A DNA stretch of 64,000 nucleotides from Octopus sinensis (lineage: Eukaryota), in assembly GCF_006345805.1 (NCBI RefSeq), contig NC_043000.1, forward strand, positions 4,278,001 to 4,342,000. The letters run 5' to 3'. This document shows, piece by piece, positions 38,300 to 50,533 of this stretch. Positions within the stretch are counted from its first letter, which is position 1, and every line of letters starts with the position of its first letter. Position numbers and translations under genes: made by a program. The notes under the pieces are model-generated. The model was not told where the DNA came from and made no database searches. It worked only from the letters and a program-made list of their open reading frames with translations.

Positions 38300-38910
38300 C
38301 TGGTAGAGGTGTTATTGGTGATGGTAACAGTAGTGGTTGTGATAGTGGCGGTGGTGGTTGTTGTGGTGGTGATGGGGGTTGTGATGGTTGAAGTGGTGTT
38401 AGTTGTAGCAGTGGTTATGATTGTGGTGGTGGCGGTGGTTGTAGTGGAGGTTCTGATTGTTTTGGTGGTAATGTGGTGGTTGTAGTGGTGTTAGTTGTAG
38501 CGGTGGTTATGATTGTGGTGGTGGTGGTGATGGTTGTGGTGGTGGTGGTGGTTGTAGTGGTGGTGGTGGTTGTAGTGGTGGTGGTGGTGATGGTTGTGGT
38601 GGTGGGGGTGGTCGTAGTGGAGGTTCTGATTGTTTTGGTGGTTGTGATTGTGATTGTAATAGTGATAGTGGTTGTGGTTGTAGTGGTTGTGGTGGCAGTG
38701 GTGGTGGTTGTGGTAGTCGTGGTTGTGGTGGTTGTGATTGTGGTGGTTGTAGTTGTGGTATTGGTAGTGGTGGTTGTGGTGATGATGGTGGTTGCAATTG
38801 TTATGGTTGTGGTGGCAGTGGTAGTAGTGGTAGTTATGGTTTTAGTGGTGGTGGTGGTTGTGGTGGCAGCAGTGGTGTTAGTGTTGGTGTTGTCGGTCCT
38901 TGTGGTGGAG
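38300..38910. repeat. (GGT/GTT/GAT) cryptic microsatellite
   Basis: Direct inspection. Confidence 0.9.
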
Positions 38911-39048
38911 ATATTACAGTCAAATTCAACAAACTACCCATATTATACTACAGTTTAATGTGGTAACAGTTAACTTGTGTAATGACTATTTTAGCTAAAT
39001 TTCTTAGTCTTTTGATCTACTTCAATAATTAGTTTCTTCTTATTGTAA

Positions 39049-39679
39049 CCATTTTTGATGCCAACCTGCCTGAGACCATCCCTGGTTCTATGATTTAAAT
39101 GTCCTGTTTTAAAGGGGTCAAAACTAAGGCCATCCATCAAAATTTCAGGCTGATTTAAGTTCTAAACACTACTTTACGAGGGTTGCTGAAAAGTTCCTGG
39201 CTATAAAAGGGTATCATAAAAGGCTTGGTTGGAGGCCCAACCTTCTGAGTTCTTTTACAGAGCTTAGAAAGACTGAAGGACCACTACAATAAGTGTGTGA
39301 ATCTGAGAGGGGAATCCTCATCATCATCATCATCATCATCATCGTTTAACGTCCGTTTTCCGCGCTAGCACGGGTTGGACGGTTCGACCGGGGTCTGGGG
39401 AGCCAGGGGCTGCTACAGGCTCCAGTCTGATCTGGCAGTGTTTCTACAGCTGGATGCCCTTCCTAATGCCAACCACTCCGCGAGTGTAGTGGGTGCTTTT
39501 TACGTGCCACCTGCACAGGTGCCAGGCGGGTCCGGCATCGGCCATGATCGGTTGGAGCTTTTAATGTGTCACCAGCATGGAAGCCAGCCAAGGTGGCGCT
39601 GGCAACGGCCAAAAATCATAATTAACTGGTCCTCCAGTTTTTCTTTTACCCAAAGCCAGGAATTTTTGCCCATCCCCCC

Positions 39680-39712
<33 letters not shown>

Positions 39713-40031
39713 GGCGGGATGTGCTGCAAAGTTCATGACTTTTAGGGTATTGCAAAAGGCCTGGTTGGAGGCCCAACCTTCTGAGTTCTTTTACAGGGCT
39801 TAGAAAAACTGAAGGACCACTGCAATATGTGTATGAATCAATCTGAGAGGGGAATATGTTAGATAAAATCATAATTAACTGATTCTCCTGTACTTTCTTT
39901 TACCCAAAGCCAGGAACTTTTCAGCACTCCCTTGTAGTTATGACCAAGTTGTTTTATTAAATTCTCAATTATTTTAAAATTTAATTACAGAAAAGAGGAT
40001 GTATTTCAACAGGAATATGGTTACAAAAGGG
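39049..40031. mobile_element. piggyBac-like MITE containing two tandem mariner-type MITEs (39177-39679, 39714-39934), the first interrupted by a family B copy (39318-39610)
   Basis: Ends are homologous to 7994-8213 (AAAAGGG|TTAA); inner TA|CGAGGGTTGCTGAAAAGTTCCTGGCT and AGCCAGGAACTTTTCAGCACTCCCTTG|TA. Confidence 0.7.
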
Positions 40032-40211
40032 TTAAACTAATGGCACCAACTCTTCTACATGCAAAAGAGGAATGAAATAGGACACCATGGTGCTATCAAA
40101 CTTTAGTAAAATGGTAAAAACCAAAGAAAAGAGTGATGTTCTTTGCTGGCAAGTGACAATACAAAGACTTGAAAGAATGAAAAGAATTTTCTGCCAGGAA
40201 GAAGAGGACAT

Positions 40212-40658
40212 GATTTACTTTATTTACATTCAACGGATATTTGTCCTCATCTTGTTTGTTGTTAACAAAACATTTCAGCTGATACACCCTCCAGCCTTAA
40301 TCAGTATTTAAGAGATGAGGAATTATGTACATTATTTACCTTATTTACACTATGCCATATGCCCGTGGGCATATGACGTAGTGGTTAAGAGTGTGGGCTA
40401 CTAACCCCAAGATTCTGAGTCTGATTCCAGGCAGTGACCTGAATAATAATAGTAATAATAATAATGATAATAATAATAATAATAATAATAATAATCATGA
40501 CAACAACATTGAAAAAACACCTTAGGAATGAGAACCCAGGTTCAAAACTTCCCCAAGACACCTGATTAAGGCTGAAGAGTATATCAGATGAAATGTTGTG
40601 TTAAAAACAAACAAGATGAGAACAAATATCCGTCGAATGTAAATAATGTAAATAATGT
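40212..40658. mobile_element. SINE family E (40367-40658, +) with adjacent inverted partial copy (40212-40364, -); both carry degenerate HHR modules
   Basis: tRNA-like head, (TAA)n, GACAC-CTGATTA-AGGCTG...GAAATGTTGTGTT; the inverted copy also has CTGATTA. Confidence 0.8.
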
Positions 40659-40662
40659 CCTC

Positions 40663-40745
40663 TAACTGGGCCCCACCAGCAAGGTCATGTGCTGTTTATC
40701 TTGATATGAGATCACCATGTCGCGCACATATGGTTGTGATGCATT
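40663..40745 (-). mobile_element. Inverted fragment of the 42141-42696 repeat
   Basis: Reverse complement of 42243-42327. Confidence 0.85.
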
Positions 40746-40960
40746 TTATTTCAACCTCCTTCAGCCATTTGGCTATATCTTTGCTTACTGTCTCCAATGC
40801 ACCAATTATTATAGGCACAACCTTTACTGTTCCTATTTCAAACTTTAAGGGATTGTTCTTTTTTATTTTGTTTTTCTTCCTCTTCTCTATGATTCTGGAA
40901 TCAAATGGGTTTGATGGGTCAATAAGTAAGCAACTTCACTTTTCCTTATCTATAATTGTT
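40742..40960 (-). mobile_element. Decayed fragment of an R4/Dong-type RLE domain
   Basis: IIDKEK*SCLLIDPSNPFD...VKVVPIIIGALETVSKDIAKWL; abuts (AAT)n. Confidence 0.6.
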
Positions 40961-41103
40961 ATGTATGGCTTATTATTTTCTAACTTCTTGCTATTATTAT
41001 TGTTGTTGTTGTCGTCGTCGTCATCATCATCATCATTATTATCATCATCATCATTATCATCACCATCATCATTACTATTATTATTATTATTATCATTATT
41101 ATT

Positions 41104-42032
41104 TATGGGTTTTTCTTCTTTCAAATTTGCTTCCATTTCTTGCCGAGTGTCTTCCCGACTCCTAGGGCAAAGAAACTCATAGTATACATTGGTAGGCCAT
41201 TAAACTAAACTCAATAGTTTGTTCATTTTTTTTTTTTTGATAGAAATAAATTTAAATTAAAATACATGGGTAGTAATAGTTCTCACATCGACAATGTTCT
41301 TCTCAATATGTGTGATGTACCAGTTAAGACAATCTGTTGCACTTCTTGCAGGGATGGTAAGCCAGGGATCATTCTCATGTAATTTTCAGTTCCCTTCTTG
41401 ATCATTCCTAGTGCTCCTACGATCACTGGTATTGTAACCGCCTTGAGATGCCACATTTTCTCAATTTCAATGAGCAGGTCTTTATATTTTCTGAGCTTGT
41501 CAAACTCTTTCGCCGAGATATTATGATCACAGGGGATGCTCATGTCGATCAATAAGCAAACTTTATTGTTTTGGTCTTTCACAACGAAATCCGGTTTATT
41601 GGCTTTGATGGTTCGGTCTGTATGTACTGGAAAGTCCCACAGAATCGTTACATTTTCTCCTTCAGTTACAGCTTCAGGGTGGTGATTATACCACTTGTCG
41701 GCAGTTTTGATATTGTAATGCCGACTTATTAGCCAGTGTAGATATTGGCCAACTCTGTCATCTCTTAATTTATACTCCACTGGTGCCAAGACTTTACATC
41801 CAGAGATTAGGTGGTCCACTGTTTCAATCATGTCGTTGCAGAATCGGCATTTTGGGTCTGCTCCATTTTTCATGACATTGGCCTGGTAGTTCCGGGTTAA
41901 TAGGCTTTGATCTTGAGCAGCCAGGATGAAACCTTCGCTCTCTGCTTTTAGCCCTGAGCTCCGTAGCCACTGATGGGTTTGCTTCTGGTCAACATCAGCT
42001 TGTTTGCTACGGGCCACATATTAACCGTGCAG
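41104..42032 (-). mobile_element. 5'-truncated R4/Dong-clade non-LTR retrotransposon (zinc knuckle, restriction-like endonuclease, 3'UTR) embedded in (TAA)n
   Basis: CRFC...ETVDHLISGC, R(D)D, KPDFVV...IDMSIP...KLRKY, PVIVGALG; (AAT)n at both junctions. Confidence 0.85.
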
Positions 42033-42109
42033 ATTATTATTATTATTATTATTATTATTATCATTATTATTATCATTATCATTATCATTATTATTATCAT
42101 TATCATTAA

Positions 42110-42140
<31 letters not shown>

Positions 42141-42696
42141 GAGTGAGAGAGCAGTGCATGCCATCAAAGGGACACTGGGGTAAAATATACGAAGCCCAGT
42201 ATACCCATCATGACTACCCATCTGATAAGGGTACACCAGGCACATGCTTCACAACCATATGTGCGCGACATGGTGATCTCATATCAAGATAAACAGCACA
42301 TGACCTTGCAGGTGGGGCCCAGTTAGAATTTTCTTCTGGTCAAATAGCCCATCCCACTCAAAACGTCCCCGAATAAAGGTTGTTTAAGGATGTTGAACGA
42401 AGCATCCATGTTTCCAGAGGTGAATTATTCAAACCCCAAAGAATCCCTCTCAACACATGGCTATGATGCTCCCCCACTACTTCTGCTCATGATCAGCGAT
42501 GCACATATAATCAGTCACTAAGGGACATGCTCAACTGGTAATGGTCAAACAACTGACAAGCAAATCTGTGGTATTGAGCAAAATATTTGCTGTAGCCCAT
42601 CTTTTATACCAAGACAAAACAATGTACATGATAACACTTCCAATCAGTTAAGATCAGAAGCCATGAGAGTCACTGCCTGGTACTACATCAGGGCAT
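42141..42696. mobile_element. Non-coding interspersed repeat embedded in (TAA)n, class unknown
   Basis: Three copies or fragments in the window; both ends abut TTA repeats. Confidence 0.7.
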
Positions 42697-42704
42697 TTAT
42701 TATT

Positions 42705-42869
42705 GGAGTGGCTGTGTGGTAAGTAGCTTGCTTACCAACCACATTGTTCTGGGTTCAGTCCCACTGCGTGGCATCATGCACAAGTGTCTTCTGCTATAGC
42801 CCCGGGCTGACCAATGCCTTGTGAGTGGATTTGGTAGAAGGAAACTGAAAGAAGCCTGTCGTATATATG

Positions 42870-42900
<31 letters not shown>

Positions 42901-43110
42901 ATATGTTTGTGTGTCTGTGTTTGTCCCCCTATCATTGCTTGACAACCGATGCTGGTGTGTTTACGTCCCCGTCACTTAGCGGTTTGGCAAAAGACACCGA
43001 TAGAATAAGTACTGGGCTTACAAAGAATAAGTCCCGGGGTCGATTTGCTCGACTAAAGGCGGTGCTCCAGCATGGCCGCAGTCAGATGACTGAAACAAGT
43101 TAAAAAGAGT
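42705..43110 (+). mobile_element. SINE family A
   Basis: Matches 15000-15423. Confidence 0.85.
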
Positions 43111-44096
43111 ATTATTATTATTATTCGTTTTGTTCATCATGTACAAGTACATGGGTATTCATCATTGGTTAATTTATTTTATTCAACTTTGGAAAAACTG
43201 AAGCATGTCTTTCGCAATTTCAGAACGTATTGAACTTATATTGTGTGACTTTTGGCCCACTCTGTATTATTATTTAATCTGGCAACCAGTACAAGGATAG
43301 ACAGCCTCCACATTGTATTTGACAACGGCAGCTACATTACATTGACAGCTCCTGAGGAAGTCAGCTTTACACATCCATTTGTTTCAGCCTTCTGGTGCTG
43401 ACATCTAGATTTACTCAAGGAAAGAAGCATGCGGACGATGTTTTATGTCGAGAAAGTATTGGAAGTTGCAAGAATGGTGTAGTATTTTTAGATTATAACA
43501 AAACTTGATCCAATTAAATGAACAGTGATGGTGAATTGTAAAACCAAAATCATGTTTTAGACATAAATGAAAGTAGAAATAAAACAGGAGAAACAATGAA
43601 CAAAATATCGGTTTTGTCTTGTATGGAATAGAAAATCCACTTACAGATGCTTATGTGAGCATTTAGATGCTTTGTTGAAGGTTTTCTAAAAATAATAAAA
43701 TCTTTGATAGAACAAAACGCCTATCAACTCCAGCTGTAAGATTGAAACATGTAAAAAAAAATAGGAGAAAACATTAATAATGAACAAAACAATGGTGTTA
43801 GACAATAAAATAAATGTTGTGATGTTTATCATTGCAGTCGATGAAAGAATATATATGGCAATAACATATAAACATTGGAGATAAGAACATTGGTCTTATC
43901 TACAATTCTGGCTGGCCTGATGGAATATAGCTGAAAGTTTAGGAAATAATCTTGGTAAGTTGACGAGAAGAAAAATATTCTATGGAATAGATATCTCAAA
44001 CAAATGACCTCTTATAGTAAATATGTGTGTGCACATGTGTGTGTGTGTGTGTGTGAATATATATATCTGTATGCATACATACATACATACATATAC

Positions 44097-44152
<56 letters not shown>

Positions 44153-45378
44153 AACATATATGTATACATATGCATATATACATGTGTATATATATATATA
44201 TACTCATATACATATATATGCATACACACACACACACACACATATATGTATGTATGTATTGTGAATGGCATTAAGTACATCTTCCTTTAACTTAATTATC
44301 TAAATTCATGCTATTGCTGGCTTTGAGCCATTTTCCCATTTCTCTTGGTTCTTTGTGTGTGTGTGTGTGTGTGTGTGAGCGTGTGTGTGCTTGTATAAAA
44401 ATCACCATTATGGTCACCATCGCCAGCATCATCATCATCATCCTCATCATCATAACCATTATAGTCTTTACATTTGTTTTGCCATGCCGGAACAAGTTAG
44501 TCAAAAGTTACAGAAGTACATTGAACACTATTCTTGAGAGAAGTTGTAAAAACAAAAAAGTTTATATAATTCCCTCAAGATAAAAATATTAAAAAAAATA
44601 TTCACTATCACATTCAGAGTCAACATTTACCAGGAATATCTCTCTCCAAATCTCTCCCAGATTAGATTCCCACTATATCAGCCTCAGAACGCACTCATCT
44701 ACTTCCATACTAATTGTGGGGTAGATTTTATAATAAAATATTAGTTTAATTAGCTTGGTGTGACGTAGGAGTGGCTGTGTGATAAGTAGCTTGCTTATGA
44801 ACCACATGTTTCCGGGTTCAGTCCCACTGTGTAGCACCTTGGGCAAGTGTCTTCTCCTATAGCCTTGGGCCAACCAAAGCCTTGTGAATGGATTTGGCAG
44901 ATGGAAACTGAAAGAAGCCCATCATATGTATATATATAAACGACGACCTCGAACCCACAAGAGTAAACAAGAGAGACAGAGACAGGTAGAAACAAGGAAA
45001 ATGCCATTTATATTTGAACACTATACAAATATTCTTTTAAAAAAACTTTTCTTTTAATTTTTTAAAATTTAATCGTTTTCCATTCCTATTGTTGAAAAAG
45101 TCTCAATGACTGAAACCGGTATTGAAATGTCTTTTATAAAATTATTTTAGCATTTTCTATCTTGACTTTTTTTCCATATATATATAGATGAGTGTATTTT
45201 ACCTTGTTAACAATTAACACGGAAAAATAAATAAATAGTTACCAGGGCAGCAAAAATCTCACAAGTAAAGATGTTGTAACTCCTTGTTTATAAAGGTTGA
45301 AACTTCGTGTTTACGTTGAATATTTTGAATAATATGAATAAAAAATGGAGTTAACGCAGGTTTAAACAAGTATTTTTA

Positions 45379-45462
45379 CTTTCTACATATGTTTCGAAAA
45401 TTCCACTGATACTATTCAAATGAATAAAAGGTATAAACAATGCAATCTTCTCTTCGGGAAAG
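45379..45462 (-). ncRNA. Type I hammerhead motif in the 3' pLTR (sense to the ORF), U4C core variant
   Basis: CTTTC-CCGAAGA-GAA...TTC-GAAAC-ATAT-GTA-GAAAG. Confidence 0.65.
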
Positions 45463-46821
45463 TGAAAAAACGAAACTCGTCAATACGACATTTTAGCAAA
45501 AAATGATGAATTCGTATAGCGATAGACAGAACGCTATTAATATTGTTTAAAAAAACGTTATGTGATATAACGTCATAAGTAGCTAACAGAAAGAGTAGGG
45601 ATATTAATAGTGAATGTTAGATATAAAGGAAATTAAAGTTTAAACTATATATAATGATAGAGACTACTTATATGCACTAAAAGTATGTTTCTGCCAATGC
45701 TTACATCTGTATGCTCGTTCTATAACCGTGTTTACTAGAGTAATTTTAGAAAAAAATAATGAAAAATAGCTCAGAATTGAAGAGAAGACAGAATTTCTTG
45801 CCTTTGTCATATGGAATCGAAATTGAGAGGATCAACCATTCTAAATGAAATTGTTCATTGTGGTCTTTTAAATCCCAAATCAGTTTGCTGAGACCAGTAC
45901 TATTCCGTTTATTTCTATCCCTAAATGTTGAGTAATGGATAGAAATTCTTTTAGATAACTCTAACGATGTGCTTCCAATGTAAAATCGTACTTTATTACG
46001 AGTACTGATTATACACTGGTATATAGAATTTTTAATCTTTGAGTTACTTGACATAAATTTAATTCTATTGGAATTGACTTCAGATACAATAACCTTGTTA
46101 TTAATATTTCTAGAGGGTTGGATGGTATTAGCTAAATTAATGTTAGTATTAGTAAATGTATTAATATTTAACAGTTTGTTATTATGAGAAGATATAATTT
46201 GCAAGAGATTTTTTGTGTTTGAAAAACCTATCCTAACCTTATGTGAATTAATTATAGAGTAATATCTAGAATTGATTGGAAAATTCCTAGCAATAGCTTG
46301 ACGAAACAGCAGTGGGAGATTAGATTTAATTTGTCTACCGTAAGGAATTATTAACCAATATTTTTACTAGTATCATAGCGTAATTACTTTTGAAGGTGTT
46401 ATATTACTTTTAGATCGGTAATAGGGGAATAAATAAGAGTTATCTGCCTTCATTCGCTTTGTATCGGTGCGTAAGTTATGTTTGTTATCAATAATTCTTT
46501 TACGACTAGAAATCTTATCTACATTATTGAATTTACAATTAGACTGAGCAGAATCAATGTAGAAAATCTTTTGTGTATAACCTGCTTTGATTAAGGCAGA
46601 GTTATAGAATTCAGCGTTAGTCTCTATCATTATATATAGTTTAAACTTTAATTTCCTTTATATCTAACATTCACTATTAATATCCCTACTCTTTCTGTTA
46701 GCTACTTATGACGTTATATCACATAACGTTTTTTTAAACAATATTAACAGCGTTCTGTCTATCGCTATACGAATTCATCATTTTTTGCTAAAATGTCGTA
46801 TTGACGAGTTTCGTTTTTTCA

Positions 46822-46905
46822 CTTTCCCGAAGAGAAGATTGCATTGTTTATACCTTTTATTCATTTGAATAGTATCAGTGGAATTTTCGAAACATATGTA
46901 GAAAG
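46822..46905 (+). ncRNA. Type I hammerhead motif in the inverted pLTR, U4C core variant
   Basis: Identical to the 45379-45462 motif. Confidence 0.65.
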
Positions 46906-46948
46906 TAAAAATACTTGTTTAAACCTGCGTTAACTCCATTTTTTATTC

Positions 46949-47003
<55 letters not shown>

Positions 47004-47372
47004 TGTGTCTGTCTTTGTCCCCCAACATCGCTTGACAACCGATGCTGGTATGTTTACTTCCCCATAACATGGCGGTTCAGCAAAAGAGACTGATAGAATA
47101 AGTAACTAGGCTTACAAAGAATAAGTCCTGGGGTCGATTTGCTCAACTAAAGGTGGTGCTCCAGGCTCTTGTCTGTTTTGGCTTGGTTTCCACAGTTGGA
47201 TGCTCTTCTTAATGCCAACCACTCTAGAGAATGTATTGGATGTCTTTTACATGTCACCAATGTGGATGTCTTTTACATGCCACTGGTACTGGCCACTGCA
47301 GCAATTTCACTTAACCTGGCATATCTTCTCAAGCTCAGCAAATCGCCAGAAGCCTCAGTCACGCGTCACATA

Positions 47373-48470
47373 CTTAATGTATGCATATTGTTAAACACTA
47401 GTAGCTGTGGTATCCCTTTTGTGTTAAAAAACAACGTATTTCAAAGCTAGGCAAAAATGAAACCACCCCAGAAGTGAATGTGAACAACAGGTATTGATAT
47501 CTCACAATTTTTCTGCTCATCAATACCATGTAGTCACCTCACTTGAATCTCCAGCTAGAAGAATATATATACAAATAGCTAAATAATTTATTTGCTGATG
47601 TGCATTGTGCAAGTAGAGCGAAATTCAAATTTTGTGTTAAAAGCAGCTCAATAATGTTAACATTATCAATATCTCATACTTAAAGTATGCATGTTGTTAA
47701 ATGTTTGTAGCTGATTGATTATATGTGGGTGAGATCTCATTGAAGATATATAGTGTTAAAAAACACTATATATATCAAAGCTAGATGAAACAAAACTACC
47801 TCAAAAGCAAATGAGAGTGATTGATATTGATATTTCACAGTTTTTTCTGCTCATCAGTGTTGTATACTCATCCTGCTTCCATAACAAAGCCGAATCACCA
47901 GTAAGAAATATATACAAATAGTGTAAAATCTATTTGTTGATATGCAATAGTGCTGCATAAGTAGAACAAAATTCAAATTCTGAATTAGAAGTAGCTCAAT
48001 AATATAAACATGAATATCATATGTTAAATGTATGCACATTCTTAAATGCTTGAAGTTGCAGGATCATATCTGGGTGAGATCTTGTTAAATATGTATAGTG
48101 TTAAAAAGCGTAGTATATATCGAAGCTAGATGAAATGAAACTACTCCAGAAGTGAATAAGAACAGCAGAAATTATTTCACACTTTTTTCCTGCTCATAAA
48201 TGCTATATACTTACCTTACTTCTGAAATCAAATCTGTACGTCCTTAAAGGAATACTTATAGCTGACAATTCAATTTTGCTTTGGAAGCAGGATGAGTATA
48301 CAGCATTTGATGAGTAGAAACTACAGCAAAATATCAATATGTGTCATTCTTATTTACTCTGGGGCTGTTTTGTTTCACCTTTCTTTGAAGTATACTGTGT
48401 TTTTCTAACACTATTTGTCTTTACCTGAAGCTACAGGTATTTAACAACAGATGCACATCGAGAATGAATT
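47373..48470. repeat. About 2.6 diverged ~340-bp direct repeats followed by an inverted partial copy
   Basis: GTATGCA...GTGTTAAAAA...AAGCTAG...CTGCTCAT recurs at ~47376, 47685 and 48030; reverse complement at 48273-48470. Confidence 0.7.
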
Positions 48471-48535
48471 CTTGATAATGTTTACATTATTGAGCTCCTT
48501 CTAATACAAAATTTGAATAGCTGTGTGAGTGCATT

Positions 48536-48567
<32 letters not shown>

Positions 48568-48899
48568 TGTATGTATGTATGTATGTATGTATGTATGTAT
48601 GTATGTATGTATGTATGTATGTATGTATGTATGTATGTGTGTGTGTGTATGTATGTATGTATGTATGTATGTATGCATTCATGTATGTATGTATGTATGT
48701 ATGTTTGTATGTATGTATGTTTGTATGTATGTATGTGTGTGTATGTATGTATGTGTGTGTGTATGTATGTATGTATGTATGTATGTATGTATGTGTGTGT
48801 ATGTATGCATGTATGTGTATGTATGTATGTATGTATGTATGTGTATGTATGTATGTATGTATGCATGTATGTGTGTGTGTATGTATGTATGTATGTATG

Positions 48900-48930
<31 letters not shown>

Positions 48931-49490
48931 ATATGTATGTATGTATGCATTCATGCATGTATGTATGTATGTATGCATGCATGCATGTATGTATGTGCAC
49001 GTGTGTGTGTGTATGTATGTATGTATATATGTATGTATGTATGTATGTTTGCATGCATGCATGTATGTATGTGTATGTATGTGTATGTATGTATGTATGT
49101 ATAAGTATTTATGTATGTATGTATGTATGTATATATGTATGTATGTATGCATGCATGTATGTATGTATGTGTGTATGTGTGTATGTGTGTATGTATGTGT
49201 GTATGTACGTATGTATTTATGTAGGTATGTATGAATGTATGTATGTATGTATGTATGTATGTATGTATGTATGTATGTATGCATGCATGCATGCATGCAT
49301 GTATGTATGTATGTATGTATGTATGTATGTATGTATGTATGCATGCATGCATGCATGCATGTATGTATGTATGTATGTATGTATGTATGTATGTATGCAT
49401 GCATGTATGTATGTATGTATGTATGTATGTATGTATGTATGTATGTATGTATGTATGTATGTATGTATGTATTTATGTATATGTGTATGC
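48536..49490. repeat. (ATGT)n tetranucleotide microsatellite, ~950 bp
   Basis: Direct inspection. Confidence 0.98.
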
Positions 49491-49781
49491 AAATCAAAGA
49501 CGGTGAAAAAAACAACAAAAGTCAATTAGATGTACACAATGAATATATTAACTTGACATTCAGTGAAAGTTTAAGATGGAAAAATAGGAGTAGGAATGAT
49601 GTTTCAAGCCTGGGCTCTTTGTTGGAAAGTTAAAAAACTTCAGAGAGGAAGAAAAGAAGGAAGGAGCAGAAAGTTCAAGAAAACCACAGACACATGGATG
49701 TGTATGCATGGGGTTGTGGGTGTGTGGCTTTTTGACAAGACATTGCATGATAATTATAAGCAAGCCTCACCATCATAAAAA

Positions 49782-49995
49782 TACTCTTTACTCTTTTACT
49801 TGTTTCAATCATTTGACTGTGGCCATGCTAGAGCACTGCCCTTAGTCGAGCACATCGACCCCAGGACTTATTCTTTGTAAGCCTAGTACTTATTCTATTG
49901 GTCTCTTTTGCCAAACCGCTAAGTTGTGGGGATGTAAACACACCAGCATCGGTTGTCAAGCTATGTTGGGTGGACAAACACTGACATACAAACAT

Positions 49996-50030
<35 letters not shown>

Positions 50031-50031
50031 A

Positions 50032-50070
<39 letters not shown>

Positions 50071-50234
50071 CGACAGGCTTCTTTCAGTTTCTATCTACCA
50101 AATCCACTCACAAGGCTTTGGTTGGCCCAAGGCTATAGCAGAGGACACTTGCCCAAGGTGCCATGCAGCAGGGCTGAACCTGGAACCATGTGGTTGGTAA
50201 GCAAGCTACTTACCACACAGCCACTCCTACACCT
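49782..50234 (-). mobile_element. SINE family A, full length
   Basis: Matches 15000-15423. Confidence 0.85.
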
Positions 50235-50533
50235 TTGTTTCCAATTTTCCATGAAAATATGTGCAGCCATAGGAAAATATTATTTTGCTTGGAAAAAGGT
50301 GACAGTTGCAATAGGGAGGAGATTTGTCCTTAGAAAATCTGCCTCAGTAAATTTCATCTGACCCATGCATGGAAAAGAGGACATTAAAATGATGATGATT
50401 CTTATCTTCTTCGAATTAGTACAGTAGAAGCTGACACATTGATGCTGTGCAAAGAAAGAAGCAACAAGATGAAGCGGTACAATTGCTACAAAATGACAAA
50501 GATACAGATATCTAAGCACGATGTTTTATAATA

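Larger units (their letters stand above)
45332..46952 (-). mobile_element. 5'-truncated Penelope-like element: RT C-terminal remnant and GIY-YIG endonuclease between ~335-bp inverted pLTRs (45332-45666 / 46618-46952)
   Basis: FYNSALIKAGY, WLIIPYG...NFP...SHNNKLL, SIYQCII...FYIGST...KRISIH...TGLSKLIWDLK...W.I...FCLL; arms nearly identical. Confidence 0.88.
44763..47163 (+). mobile_element. SINE family A split at its internal TA tract (44763-44938 and 46953-47163) by a ~2 kb PLE-derived insertion
   Basis: The 5' and 3' halves are contiguous in intact copies. Confidence 0.7.

Noticed and set aside
43330-43950. CTGAGGA-GTCAGC/GCTGAC and CTGATGG...GAAAG
   Set aside because: The GAAA or core positions are missing; too degenerate to call. 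The same applies to the minus-strand motif at 5360-5410.
48482-49633. Long HTYI/MYVC ORFs
   Set aside because: Translations of (ATGT)n.
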